DNA of 64,000 bases from Escherichia phage FFH2: sequence record KJ190158, one strand, 5' to 3'. Below are positions 1 through 9,100 of the stretch, piece after piece (the stretch's first letter is position 1; every line of letters begins with the position of its first letter). The translations under genes and the position numbers were made by a program. The notes under the pieces were generated by a model. That model was not told the origin of the DNA and searched no databases. It saw only the letters and a program-made list of their open reading frames with translations.

Positions 1-30
1 TTTGCTACCGGATTGTTCATTAAGCACCCC

Positions 31-609
31 TCAGCGTTCATAGTAAATCTTATTTAACATTACCTCATCCTTTGCAGAAAGGATATCTAGATATGCATCA
101 CCGAATCTACCTGCAACAACCTCTGCATGATACATCACTTCGTTAATATCGTCAAGAGTGATAACTGGATGACCGTATCTCTCTGAGTATTGTCTCAGAG
201 TGCGATGTAGGGAGTCATCATCATAGGCAGACTTTTTAATATCACAAACACGACGAATAGCCTTGATGTCGAAAAACCCTGTACGATACCAACCAAGAAA
301 AAGGTTTCGTGCAGTGTCAACATCTACATCAATACCATTAAGAACCTTATCTACAAGATAGCTGTCATCCTTTGGACCAGCTTCCTTAGTGCGAATGTAG
401 TTGCCATCTTTTCCAGGTGACATCTCCTTCTCATCACCAACCTGCATGCCATCATTTGGCGGTGTTAGCCACTTATCCGGATGCTTACGATCACGAGCGT
501 TAGAATGATTACGCTGGAAACCAGGCTTCCACTTGAAAGTTTTCTCCATCTGTTCTTCATTCTGATAACGTTTTGCAATCTTTTCACGGTCATCTTTGCG
601 TGAACCCAT
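31..609 (-). CDS. hypothetical protein (192 aa)
   Basis: Long ORF at window edge; no recognisable motif. Confidence 0.4.
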   Translation of the reverse strand: MGSRKDDREKIAKRYQNEEQMEKTFKWKPGFQRNHSNARDRKHPDKWLTPPNDGMQVGDEKEMSPGKDGNYIRTKEAGPKDDSYLVDKVLNGIDVDVDTARNLFLGWYRTGFFDIKAIRRVCDIKKSAYDDDSLHRTLRQYSERYGHPVITLDDINEVMYHAEVVAGRFGDAYLDILSAKDEVMLNKIYYER

Positions 610-1012
610 AGCTGCCTCCTCTTCAAGTTATAGAAAAACTCACTGTATCACTTTGTAACGAGCTTTTCTATCAAACTGGTGCGATTGCATTACCTGGTAT
701 AGTTTATATAGCTGTGGAGCGATTTAGGGGCCTTCTTGTCAGTTTCCACACATAAACTTCATCCAAGCTCGCGCGGGAGACTCTCAACCGACTCCTTACT
801 GCGCTGGCAAGCTTTCGTCGGTGGTCCACATCAGTGCTCGGCCTTTGGCCTGCGCTATCGCTTCGCTCCCACACATGTTAACAGACCTGCATGTATGCAC
901 TTCTGTTATTGTGTGCACCAAGGAGGCCCGGCATCTCGCCCCTCGTAGGCGAGTGCCAATGAAGGGCCGACACTACCTATAGTAAGTAATAATTTTAAAA
1001 CATGGTACTTAG

Positions 1013-1084
1013 GATCTAGTATATTCTACATAAGTTAAGTATATGTACTTAGTATCATAAGTACTAGATCTTTTATTTTTTATT
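1013..1084 (+). terminator. putative intrinsic terminator (nested inverted repeats followed by T-run)
   Basis: gatctagta(1013-1021)/tactagatc(1062-1070) outer stem, inner stem gtactta/taagtac, then ttttattttttatt. Confidence 0.45.
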
Positions 1085-1113
1085 ATTTAGTTATTTTAGT
1101 TATATTCTTTATG

Positions 1114-1172
1114 TGTCCGTATTACGGGCAGATGTGTCCGCGTGACGGACAGTAGTGTCCGTATCACGGACA
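1114..1172. promoter_or_regulatory. three tandem palindromic operator-like sites (TGTCCG-N5-CGGACA) with 21-bp periodicity
   Basis: tgtccgtattacgggca / tgtccgcgtgacggaca / tgtccgtatcacggaca read directly at 1114, 1135, 1156. Confidence 0.5.
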
Positions 1173-1247
1173 GTTACTGACCTCTGTTCCAGAGCGAACA
1201 TAAAACATACGAATCCTTATAGTACAGATATTTAAGTTTTTACTGGT

Positions 1248-1598
1248 CTAACCAGTTGTTGACATTCGAATAACCTCTTCTGGTGGCAAAACTTTGGAAA
1301 ATGTACATCTTTTACCTCTCCCTTGTGTGGATATTTCAACCACTCCTGCACATTCTAAAGTTTTAACGCACGCTGCTGCTTTTGTTTTCTTTATCCCAAC
1401 ATCTGCTGCAATTTTCCTTGTGCTTGGTGTGAAGCGTGAATTTCCTCCAAGCTTATACCAGTTGTGCAGGTAGCAGTATACGATCTTGTCATATAAGTCA
1501 AGAACAACAACCTCCCCAGTTGTGTCATTCAAAACTTTTGACATAGACAGTATTTCAAGGGGGACTTTAAGATATAGCAGCTTATCCCCATCTTTCAT
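1248..1598 (-). CDS. hypothetical protein, possible DNA-binding (HTH-like segment)
   Basis: 116-aa ORF; basic segment IAADVGIKKTKAAACVKTLECAG resembles an HTH; lies next to the operator-like triplet. Confidence 0.3.
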   Translation of the reverse strand: MKDGDKLLYLKVPLEILSMSKVLNDTTGEVVVLDLYDKIVYCYLHNWYKLGGNSRFTPSTRKIAADVGIKKTKAAACVKTLECAGVVEISTQGRGKRCTFSKVLPPEEVIRMSTTG

Positions 1599-1645
1599 AT
1601 CTCCTGATTCTCCTTGTGTGGCAATTTTCTTTAAAATAGCAGGGA

Positions 1646-2200
1646 TTACTCCCCGCTGTCAATAGCAAGACTCATTGCAATACGGTATGCCTCTTCTAAT
1701 GGTAAGAGTCTCCCCCACACATCCCAACCGACATCAAACTGCCTGCCAAACAACTGCTGTGTGGTTCCGTGAGCATGACCGAACAGTTGGACTGATCCGT
1801 GAGGCTTTCTGTTCCACTTTGCAAACTGGTAATGGCTCATACAGATCAAATTCTTGTTGTGGCGAAGCTCGTAATAATCTACAACCTCATGACCGAACTC
1901 TTTCATAATTCTGACAGTCGTCCTTGTGTCATGGTTACCACGAACAAGAATAATATGTCCGTTCAACATATTTAGAACATCTGGGAGCAATTTGTTGATA
2001 TTCTTATCATTAGTGCACGCAATATCTCCCAAGTGAAACACAGTGTCTGCAGGTGACACAACAGAGTTCCACTTGGTGATGATTCCCGCATTCATACTGT
2101 CAAGATTGTGATCATACTGAGATCTGTGTTTTTGACATGAATCGAACTCCATGACCCGCTGGTGGAGAAAGTGTGTGTCGCTTGTTACAAAGTATTTCAT
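1646..2200 (-). CDS. calcineurin-like metallophosphoesterase (putative RNA 3'-phosphatase of the repair module)
   Basis: Motifs SDTHF (DxH), HLGDIA (GD), GNHD; start reassigned to ATG at 2198-2200 (MKYFVTSDTHF), 7 nt after the kinase stop. Confidence 0.7.
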   Translation of the reverse strand: MKYFVTSDTHFLHQRVMEFDSCQKHRSQYDHNLDSMNAGIITKWNSVVSPADTVFHLGDIACTNDKNINKLLPDVLNMLNGHIILVRGNHDTRTTVRIMKEFGHEVVDYYELRHNKNLICMSHYQFAKWNRKPHGSVQLFGHAHGTTQQLFGRQFDVGWDVWGRLLPLEEAYRIAMSLAIDSGE

Positions 2201-2207
2201 ACATTCC

Positions 2208-2618
2208 TCATTTAAGTTTAATGCAGTTTTTAAGCTGGCGTTCCATACGATCCACAACCCTGTCTGGAACATCATGAATGCTTTTATTACCATGGCGGTT
2301 TTCAACCACGATCACGGTATAACTATACCCATGACTGATCGCCATGTCAATATATTCTTGCACATATTTTTCTTTTGTAAACGTATTACTTACCACGATA
2401 CGGTCGTATCCCATACGCATCATATCTTCTACGTTATCTTTGCACCATTTTGCTGCAAGTGTTACTTTACTTGCATCCCAGTTATAATTTCCATCATCAT
2501 CGTACCAGAACATGTCGTTCTCAAAATGTGGATACAGACCTTCTAAAGATAGCGCATTTGCCAGTGTTGATTTGCCAGACCCTGGCAGACCACGCACGAT
2601 ATATAGCATTTTAGACAT
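2208..2618 (-). CDS. P-loop polynucleotide kinase-like protein (T4 Pnk kinase-domain-like)
   Basis: Walker A GLPGSGKST near N-terminus; start reassigned to ATG 2616-2618 with GGAGG SD 6 nt upstream; directly upstream of the phosphatase. Confidence 0.65.
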   Translation of the reverse strand: MSKMLYIVRGLPGSGKSTLANALSLEGLYPHFENDMFWYDDDGNYNWDASKVTLAAKWCKDNVEDMMRMGYDRIVVSNTFTKEKYVQEYIDMAISHGYSYTVIVVENRHGNKSIHDVPDRVVDRMERQLKNCIKLK

Positions 2619-2718
2619 AGCAATCCTCCGTTTTAATTTTAATGATAGTATACCTAACTGTTTTGTTAATTTCAAGTGTTGACACTAGGTTATTTGTGTG
2701 GCAGGATAGACTGACAAA

Positions 2719-3654
2719 ATGACAAATGAGGAACGTATGATGAAGTATTTTAATGCAGATGACCTAGTAGACAAAGGTCTTGTAACCAGTCGGTATTATC
2801 CAGATCTTGGATTAAAGATCTATAAATATGCCAGAAAAGTATTCTACAACAATCTGTGGCATTTGTCTCCGCGTTTACTGGAGTGCCGAGGTATTGTTGT
2901 TGGCAATGAGGGGAATGTTGTGGCATGGCCTTTCACAAAAGTATTCAACTTAGGAGAAAACTCCACCAATCTACCGGACAGTAAACTTGTTACTGCGGTA
3001 GAGAAAAAGAACGGATTCCTCGGTGTGGTATCATCTCATAAAGGTGAACTATTGTTCTCAACAACCGGGTCTCTTGATTCCCCATATTGTAACCTCGCAA
3101 AAGAAACCATCAGGGAGCAATGTGGTAATTTAGATCTTATCAAGAAGGTTATGGGCAATGAAAACATGACATTCATGTTTGAAATTTGCCACCCTTCAGA
3201 TCCGCATATTGTTCAGGAAGATCATGGCGCATATTTGATAGGTTGCAGATATAATGATTCTGGAATAATGCTACCAGAAGCAGCTTTAGATGGGATTGCC
3301 AAATACCTTGGTGCAAAACGTCCTCACACTGTGCGTGAAATTCCGTTCAGCTATGCAAAAGAATTAGCTGCAGAAACAAGAGGTGAAGGGTATATGATTC
3401 GTAAGCCTTACTACCCTTATGATCTGCAGCTGAAGATCAAGTCTCCATACTATCTGGCACGGAAGGCAGTAATGAGGGGTAAAGCTTGGAAGATTTGGGA
3501 TGATGATATCTTTAAACGTGTTGACGAAGAGTTTTACGGTATGGTAAAATTTATTCGTAGCAACTATACAGAAGATGTGTGGAATTGCTTATTAGAGCAG
3601 GAGCGTCGTGAGATACTGGACTACTATTTCCACAACGAGGACTATATGCAATGA
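2719..3654 (+). CDS. rnlA: RNA ligase, T4 Rnl1 (gene 63) family
   Basis: LLECRGIVV, KVFNLGENS and nucleotidyl-lysine motif VEKKNGFLGVVSS match T4 Rnl1 (ECRGIMF, KFFNLNENP, ILTKEDGSLVS) as recalled. Confidence 0.8.
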   Translation: MTNEERMMKYFNADDLVDKGLVTSRYYPDLGLKIYKYARKVFYNNLWHLSPRLLECRGIVVGNEGNVVAWPFTKVFNLGENSTNLPDSKLVTAVEKKNGFLGVVSSHKGELLFSTTGSLDSPYCNLAKETIREQCGNLDLIKKVMGNENMTFMFEICHPSDPHIVQEDHGAYLIGCRYNDSGIMLPEAALDGIAKYLGAKRPHTVREIPFSYAKELAAETRGEGYMIRKPYYPYDLQLKIKSPYYLARKAVMRGKAWKIWDDDIFKRVDEEFYGMVKFIRSNYTEDVWNCLLEQERREILDYYFHNEDYMQ

Positions 3655-4001
3655 AGAAGTGGATTGTGTGGCTTGATGATTTTAGAGATCCGTCAGATTA
3701 TGGACTCCCAGACGCTCTGTGGCTAAAGAATTCTTCTGAGTTTATGGATTTTCTTAATGATAAGAGAAAGCTCTACAGACGCGTATCTGAGTGGTATTTT
3801 GACAATGATCTAGGTGAAGTGCTTGAAGGGTACGACTGCTTCTCTGCGCTAGAGGAGAAACTTGTATTCGGAAAGCCACCACTTATTGACAACGTGATTA
3901 TTTTCGTGCATACTTCTAATCCATCGGCAGCTCGTAAATTTATGCTTGCTGCTGACTCATTCAAGAAGTTTGGAATAGAGATTAAACAAAACATCTACTG
4001 A
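3651..4001 (+). CDS. hypothetical protein (116 aa), translationally coupled between rnlA and the sirtuin
   Basis: ATGA overlap with rnlA stop; 8 nt before sirtuin start; no recognised motif. Confidence 0.45.
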   Translation: MKKWIVWLDDFRDPSDYGLPDALWLKNSSEFMDFLNDKRKLYRRVSEWYFDNDLGEVLEGYDCFSALEEKLVFGKPPLIDNVIIFVHTSNPSAARKFMLAADSFKKFGIEIKQNIY

Positions 4002-4009
4002 GGACACTT

Positions 4010-4771
4010 ATGCGACGACTGATTATTATCTCCGGTGCTGGTTTGAGCGCTGAATCTGGTATTCCCACTTTCCGATCTGGTAGCACTGCAATGTGGGAGA
4101 ATTTCAGCATCGATGAGGTGTGCAACATCCACACCTTTGCCAAGAACTACTATAAGGTGCATGACTTTTACAATGCACGTCGTGTAGCTCTGGGCAGTGT
4201 TGATCCTAACCTTGCACATCTTCGGATCGCTGAGTGGTATTCCCGCTGGTCTGGTCGTGTGATCAACCTTACCACCAATGTAGATGATTTGCTGGAGCGT
4301 GCTGGTGTAAAACATGAAGATATTTTACATGTCCACGGGTATTTGCCTGAAATCACCTACGAAGATGCTGAAGGTAATGATGTAATTAAAAATATCGGAT
4401 ACACGGAGGTAGATACAGGCAAGTATACCTGGGTTAAGCCCAATGTAGTGTTCTTCGGTGAGGTTGCTCCTAAGTATACAGACATGTATGACCTGTTGAC
4501 ATCTCTCACAAGCAATGATATGGTGATCCTAGTAGGTTGTTCTAACACAGTTATTAATTTTAACTGGGAATTGTTTCCTGCTACTTGTAAAGGCACAAAA
4601 CTGCTGATTGTAAACAAGTATGACTCGCAGAGTGCAGATGGAAGTGGCATTTCACGTAGCGACCTTTATCAATATGAGGATCGCGGGATCCCTGTATGGT
4701 TTAACGGTGCTGTTGACGCTTTCTCTGATAAAGCATTTATTGAAACTGTAGAAAACTTTATGGAACTTTAA
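4010..4771 (+). CDS. Sir2/CobB-family NAD-dependent deacylase (sirtuin)
   Basis: GAGLSAESGIPTFR, FYNARR, PNLAHL, TTNVDDLLERAG, catalytic HVHG, VVFFGE; near-collinear with E. coli CobB as recalled. Confidence 0.8.
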   Translation: MRRLIIISGAGLSAESGIPTFRSGSTAMWENFSIDEVCNIHTFAKNYYKVHDFYNARRVALGSVDPNLAHLRIAEWYSRWSGRVINLTTNVDDLLERAGVKHEDILHVHGYLPEITYEDAEGNDVIKNIGYTEVDTGKYTWVKPNVVFFGEVAPKYTDMYDLLTSLTSNDMVILVGCSNTVINFNWELFPATCKGTKLLIVNKYDSQSADGSGISRSDLYQYEDRGIPVWFNGAVDAFSDKAFIETVENFMEL

Positions 4772-4784
4772 AAGGAGACCTTTA

Positions 4785-5498
4785 ATGCTGAATACTAAAC
4801 TGATCGACAACCTGGAAAAACTGTCTCAGCCTGAAAACTACCTTTGGTCTGCCAACTGGGTGGAAAACTGGAACCGTGTGGCAGCTAAAGTGAAAAAATC
4901 ATACACACCATTCGAATTACAGCTTAGCTTCATTGAGGAAGAGTTCAATGAGGTTTTGGAAGAGCTGGAGAAAGGTGATGGTGGAGATCACCTGCTAAAA
5001 GAGGCCTGCGATCTTCACGTTGTCACAAGTTATGCCGCTTATCTTGTTAATGATAATCACGAAAAGTGGTCAAACCTGTTTGATAATCCACGAGGTCTTA
5101 AGTTCAAGATCGGTGAGTTCTATGATACACTGATCGCTGCGAAAAACACATCCAAGCAAAGAGCGTCAGCTTACCGCTTAGCGGAGTTGTCAACAGCTTT
5201 GCTGTTCCAGCTTCGCGGCGATGTGTGTGGGATGATGCGGAAGGTTCTCAAATCGAATGACAGCAAGTTTGCACGGGTCAACCATCTACGGTATTCACAC
5301 GGTGCCAGTGCAGATATGCCTGCTGAACAACTCATCGAGTTGGAGATTAAAGATCTTGAGCGACGCTTTGATGGTCGATATGAAGGTTTTGTTGCTAAGG
5401 AAGAATTCTACAACGGTAATAAAGTTATCATATTCCTTGACAGTAAAGGTAAGATCATGAAGCCTTCAAGCTTCAAGGATGTAACAGAGTATATTTAA
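4785..5498 (+). CDS. hypothetical protein, possible MazG-like all-alpha NTP pyrophosphohydrolase
   Basis: Acidic EEEFNEVLEELEKGDGGDHLLKEACDL segment resembles the MazG/HisE E-x-x-E ... D motif; weak. Confidence 0.3.
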   Translation: MLNTKLIDNLEKLSQPENYLWSANWVENWNRVAAKVKKSYTPFELQLSFIEEEFNEVLEELEKGDGGDHLLKEACDLHVVTSYAAYLVNDNHEKWSNLFDNPRGLKFKIGEFYDTLIAAKNTSKQRASAYRLAELSTALLFQLRGDVCGMMRKVLKSNDSKFARVNHLRYSHGASADMPAEQLIELEIKDLERRFDGRYEGFVAKEEFYNGNKVIIFLDSKGKIMKPSSFKDVTEYI

Positions 5499-5538
5499 CA
5501 ACATAGCCGGGGATCACCCGGCTTTACTTGTTGTACAA

Positions 5539-5862
5539 GTGAGGCAGATAGTTATGTACAAGCACTCTAGAGATCTTGAAAACGATGCTGTGTTTGGAGA
5601 TCAGATGAAAGAGTTGGTTAAACTCATAGGCAGGATAGAGGATAAGTTTGACACTAAGATCTACATCGACAGCAAAGTATTCAACCACAAAATATGGACA
5701 AATCTGTGTGTTGGACTCCATGGAGATAAAGATGTGGTAAATTTAGTTGTAATTAAGTTCATAGTGTGGCAGAATAAAACTATAAATTATTACGATCCAC
5801 ACCTGCTTGTTTACCCGATAAAAGACCTATTAGATAAGGAGGACTGCAATGCCGTTATTTAA
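5539..5862 (+). CDS. hypothetical protein (107 aa)
   Basis: Co-oriented ORF in operon context. Confidence 0.3.
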   Translation: MRQIVMYKHSRDLENDAVFGDQMKELVKLIGRIEDKFDTKIYIDSKVFNHKIWTNLCVGLHGDKDVVNLVVIKFIVWQNKTINYYDPHLLVYPIKDLLDKEDCNAVI

Positions 5863-6118
5863 TCTTGCTAAACCTGTAGAAGCACACCAGTTTGATGGAA
5901 GCTCTTCATCAGTATCTGATCTGCAACGGTGGATTGATACAGGTGTGTTTACATCGTCACCTGTTCGGACCAGAGATATTCGTCGCATGTGTGAGCTTGT
6001 CGAGCCGTTTGGTAACCTGGTCTTGTACCAGGGAGATTGGTTAGTTGACTTTATGGGAGACTGGTTGGTAATGAGTAAAGAAGAGATGTTTAACATTTTT
6101 AAGGAAGAGGCCGAGTAA
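5849..6118 (+). CDS. hypothetical protein (89 aa)
   Basis: Co-oriented ORF; stop overlaps ligase start. Confidence 0.35.
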   Translation: MPLFNLAKPVEAHQFDGSSSSVSDLQRWIDTGVFTSSPVRTRDIRRMCELVEPFGNLVLYQGDWLVDFMGDWLVMSKEEMFNIFKEEAE

Positions 6119-7401
6119 TGCATCAGATCAAAACAACACTGTACGCACTGAACAAAGATGGCAGCTACCAACAGTGGAAAGTATTCACGGATGGTGATAA
6201 GGTTATCGTAGAGTTTGGCAAGCTTGATGGTAAACTGCAATACAAAGAGACGATCTGCACACCTAAGAACGTGGGTCGCGCCAATGAAACTACAGCTGAG
6301 CAACAGGCCGAGCTGGAAGCGATCAGTAAGTGGGAAAAACAGGTCCGACTCGGGTACGTGGAGAGTATGGAAGATTGTGAGCAAGGTGTTGATCTTTTAC
6401 CCATGTTGGTGCATGACTACCTGAAGCGTGGCAAGGCACTTAAATTACCTTGCTGGATCTTGCGTAAGTTAGATGGCCTTCGTCTACTTGTTGTTTTCCA
6501 GAATGGTGAGCCTAAATTTATTTCCCGTGGTAATAAGTCCTACCCTATTCAAGGGAAGCTTCTGGAGCAACTTCGCTCTTTCCACCTAACCACCGGGATT
6601 AAACAGCTCGACGGAGAGCTCTATATTCATGGTCTGCCTCTGCAGAAAATAGTGTCTCTTGCTAAACGGTGGCGCACACAGGAAGAAATTCAGGCCGAGA
6701 TCGATAAAGACTACAAGGCAGATAAAAAACGCCGTCAGGCTGCTATTAAAGCAGGTTTAGCAACATACAAAAACTTCAACAAGATGGACATTCCTGTTGA
6801 TGTTGAGCCTGTTCGTGATGATTTGCGTTACGGAGGGTACTGCAGCTACGACTTAGAGTATCATATTTTCGATATTCCTAGCGATAAGGTGTGGTGGGAT
6901 CCTGAAACAGAGTCTGGACGCTGTAAGGATCTTATGGAGGCAAATGGTGCTATTGCTTCTTTGATGCTTGATCATATTAAGGTTGTTGATGCAGAGCTTG
7001 CATACACAGTTGATCGGTGCGAAGAGTCTGTTGGTATATTTATGTCTGAGGGATATGAAGGTACCATTATGCGTAACTTCTGTGGTAAATATGAGTATGG
7101 TCAGCGAACATCTGAAGCATTGAAATGGAAAAAGTTCAACGACGCAGAGGTGAAAGTTATTGACGTTGAGAAAGATAAGAATGATGAAGGTGTTCTTATC
7201 TGTGTTGACAAGGAAGGTGTTATTGTTAAAATGAAGATGAAAGGCACGCACGAGGAGCGTAGCTATGACAGGATGCAGGAAATGATCGGCAAGTTTGTCA
7301 CCTTCAAATATCAATCAAGGACAGAAGACAACAACTACCAATTCCCTGTCGGTATCTGCGTCCGAAATGTTAACCCAGACACTTGGGAGGTGCTGGAATA
7401 A
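6118..7401 (+). CDS. ATP-dependent DNA ligase
   Basis: Motif I KxDGxR (RKLDGLR), motif III (QLDGELY), motif IV (EGTIMRN), motif V (KWKKF). Confidence 0.75.
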   Translation: MHQIKTTLYALNKDGSYQQWKVFTDGDKVIVEFGKLDGKLQYKETICTPKNVGRANETTAEQQAELEAISKWEKQVRLGYVESMEDCEQGVDLLPMLVHDYLKRGKALKLPCWILRKLDGLRLLVVFQNGEPKFISRGNKSYPIQGKLLEQLRSFHLTTGIKQLDGELYIHGLPLQKIVSLAKRWRTQEEIQAEIDKDYKADKKRRQAAIKAGLATYKNFNKMDIPVDVEPVRDDLRYGGYCSYDLEYHIFDIPSDKVWWDPETESGRCKDLMEANGAIASLMLDHIKVVDAELAYTVDRCEESVGIFMSEGYEGTIMRNFCGKYEYGQRTSEALKWKKFNDAEVKVIDVEKDKNDEGVLICVDKEGVIVKMKMKGTHEERSYDRMQEMIGKFVTFKYQSRTEDNNYQFPVGICVRNVNPDTWEVLE

Positions 7402-7543
7402 TTTAGGTATGTTTAGTAGCCAATTGAATAAGTGTTTTCAATTTGCACCTACATATGCCCTGATGTATGAACTGTGCAACCTAGCCACACCACACAGTGG
7501 TGCTGATCGGGGCTCGTTATGAGTGAACTGGAGAGTATGAAAA

Positions 7544-8014
7544 ATGAAACTTGATAAAAATGTTCAACGAAAGGCTTTCTTGGATATGATCGCATATTCG
7601 GAAGGCACAGATAATGGTAGACAACCTACCAAGGATCGGGGATACGATGTCATAGTCGGAGGCAAGCTGTTCAGCGATTACAGCAAGCATCCCGGTGTTT
7701 ACGTTAAGCTAAATGCTAAACTTACCTCCTCCGCTGCTGGGCGTTACCAGGTTTTGGAGAAGTTTGCTAAACACTACATGGAACAGTTAGGATTGCCAGA
7801 TTTTGGCCCTGCCAGTCAGGACAAGATTGCGTTGCAACTGATCCGTGAGTGCAAGGCTCTCGCCGACATTGACGAAGGGCGTATCCACGAGGCTATCCAT
7901 AAATGCCGTTCCCGCTGGGCTTCGTTGCCTGGTGCTGGATATGGTCAGCATGAACAGAAGATTGAGAAGTTGATCGAGGTGTTTAAAAAGGCAGGCGGTG
8001 TTGTCCTTGATTGA
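7544..8014 (+). CDS. endolysin, lambda R-like lytic transglycosylase
   Basis: QRKAFLDMIAYSEGTDNGRQ...GYDVIVGG...AGRYQ...WASLPGAGYGQ is near-collinear with lambda R as recalled. Confidence 0.85.
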   Translation: MKLDKNVQRKAFLDMIAYSEGTDNGRQPTKDRGYDVIVGGKLFSDYSKHPGVYVKLNAKLTSSAAGRYQVLEKFAKHYMEQLGLPDFGPASQDKIALQLIRECKALADIDEGRIHEAIHKCRSRWASLPGAGYGQHEQKIEKLIEVFKKAGGVVLD

Positions 8015-8077
8015 TCATTGACATAACCACACGGACGTGGTATTGTTACCTCATAAAATGTTTAGGAGGGTTTAACC

Positions 8078-8284
8078 ATGAAAGACTTTCTGTTGGCAAT
8101 TTTGTTCATGGCAGCATGTCTGGCCTGTGGTGTCGTGTTTGCAGGTGAAACAGCGTATCTTGTCGATGTATATCGGGACAATGGTAAACGTATTTGCCTT
8201 TATGAGACAAGTCAAGGTGAGCTCTACGAGCTTGTGAAACAAGGCGAGGCTGGATCTTGTCCTCGCACCCATTTCTTTGAGTGA
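8078..8284 (+). CDS. small secreted/lipoprotein-like protein (possible lysis accessory)
   Basis: N-terminal hydrophobic segment with Cys (LFMAACLACG); immediately downstream of the endolysin. Confidence 0.35.
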   Translation: MKDFLLAILFMAACLACGVVFAGETAYLVDVYRDNGKRICLYETSQGELYELVKQGEAGSCPRTHFFE

Positions 8285-8293
8285 GGAGAATAC

Positions 8294-8758
8294 GTGGAAG
8301 ACGGACGTTTAATGAAGTCTGAACGCAGGCTTATTGTGCAACTGATCCCAGAAACAGCTTGGTATAATAACCTCCGAAACGCTGTGAAGAAGAGTGAGTG
8401 GGATAAGATCCGCAAGAAGTGCTATAGAGAAGCCAACTACACCTGTGAGGTGTGCGGCGGTAAAGGAAGCAAACACCCAGTGGAGTGTCATGAACTTTAC
8501 ACTTTCGAAGAGGGAGTGATCCGGCTTGTCGGACTGATAGCGTTGTGCCCAGATTGCCACACATCGGTGCATCCTGGGTTAGCAAATATCCGTGGAAAGT
8601 ATGCTCAGGCAGTTAATCAGTTGGCTAAGGTGAATAAGATCACCAAAGGTATGGCAGAGGCGTATTACCGAGACTGCTTTGCAGAGTGGCGTGAGCTTAG
8701 TAAAGTTCCAGAATGGAAGACTGACTTTTCGTGGATAGAGGGTTACCTTGATGGCTAA
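8294..8758 (+). CDS. HNH-type zinc-finger nuclease-like protein
   Basis: CEVCGG ... ECHELY ... CPDCH..VH cysteine/histidine pattern. Confidence 0.45.
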   Translation: MEDGRLMKSERRLIVQLIPETAWYNNLRNAVKKSEWDKIRKKCYREANYTCEVCGGKGSKHPVECHELYTFEEGVIRLVGLIALCPDCHTSVHPGLANIRGKYAQAVNQLAKVNKITKGMAEAYYRDCFAEWRELSKVPEWKTDFSWIEGYLDG

Positions 8759-9041
8759 GAGACCTGTAAAAGAGAAATTCGATAAGACAGCTTTTGTATT
8801 CGATACACCTCTGGACGATATCATCAGAGGTATGCAAGCCTTGTATAGGAAGGCTGAATCTGAGCAGTTGTCTGAATCAGAACTTTACTGGCTTGGTTGG
8901 TGGGAGTTAAACCTGCCTAAAGCTGAAAGTTCTTGTCTGAGAACTGTTAAAACGTGCGCCCAAGAAAACGCTGCACTTGGAATCTACCACAAAAGGAAAA
9001 GATCAACAAAAAGCTCTCCAAGAAAGACTAAAAAGTCTTGA
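8748..9041 (+). CDS. hypothetical protein (97 aa)
   Basis: Co-oriented ORF. Confidence 0.3.
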   Translation: MMAKRPVKEKFDKTAFVFDTPLDDIIRGMQALYRKAESEQLSESELYWLGWWELNLPKAESSCLRTVKTCAQENAALGIYHKRKRSTKSSPRKTKKS

Positions 9042-9067
9042 CAAAAGTGTTATTAATCTGATATTAT
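9038..9067 (+). promoter_or_regulatory. sigma70-like promoter (TTGACA-18-TATTAT)
   Basis: Hexamers read directly; upstream of ORF 9101. Confidence 0.45.
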
Positions 9068-9100
9068 CGGTCAGATATCTATAAACTAGGAGAACTAGAT

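Noticed and set aside
736-948. 70-aa ORF in the GC-rich leader
   Set aside because: Arg/Ser/Pro/Gly-rich low-complexity translation, no SD, sits in a hairpin-dense segment; more likely non-coding RNA or leader.
1114-1598. Lysogeny switch (repressor plus integrase)
   Set aside because: No integrase, excisionase or CI/Cro-like gene was recognised anywhere in the window; the operator-like triplet alone does not establish temperate biology.
2151-2546. Plus-strand 131-aa ORF
   Set aside because: Antisense to the kinase and phosphatase genes whose motifs (Walker A, GNHD) support the minus-strand frames.
8294-8758. Spanin (Rz-like) interpretation of the ORF downstream of the endolysin
   Set aside because: No N-terminal transmembrane anchor; contains paired CxxC/His motifs typical of HNH zinc-finger nucleases.
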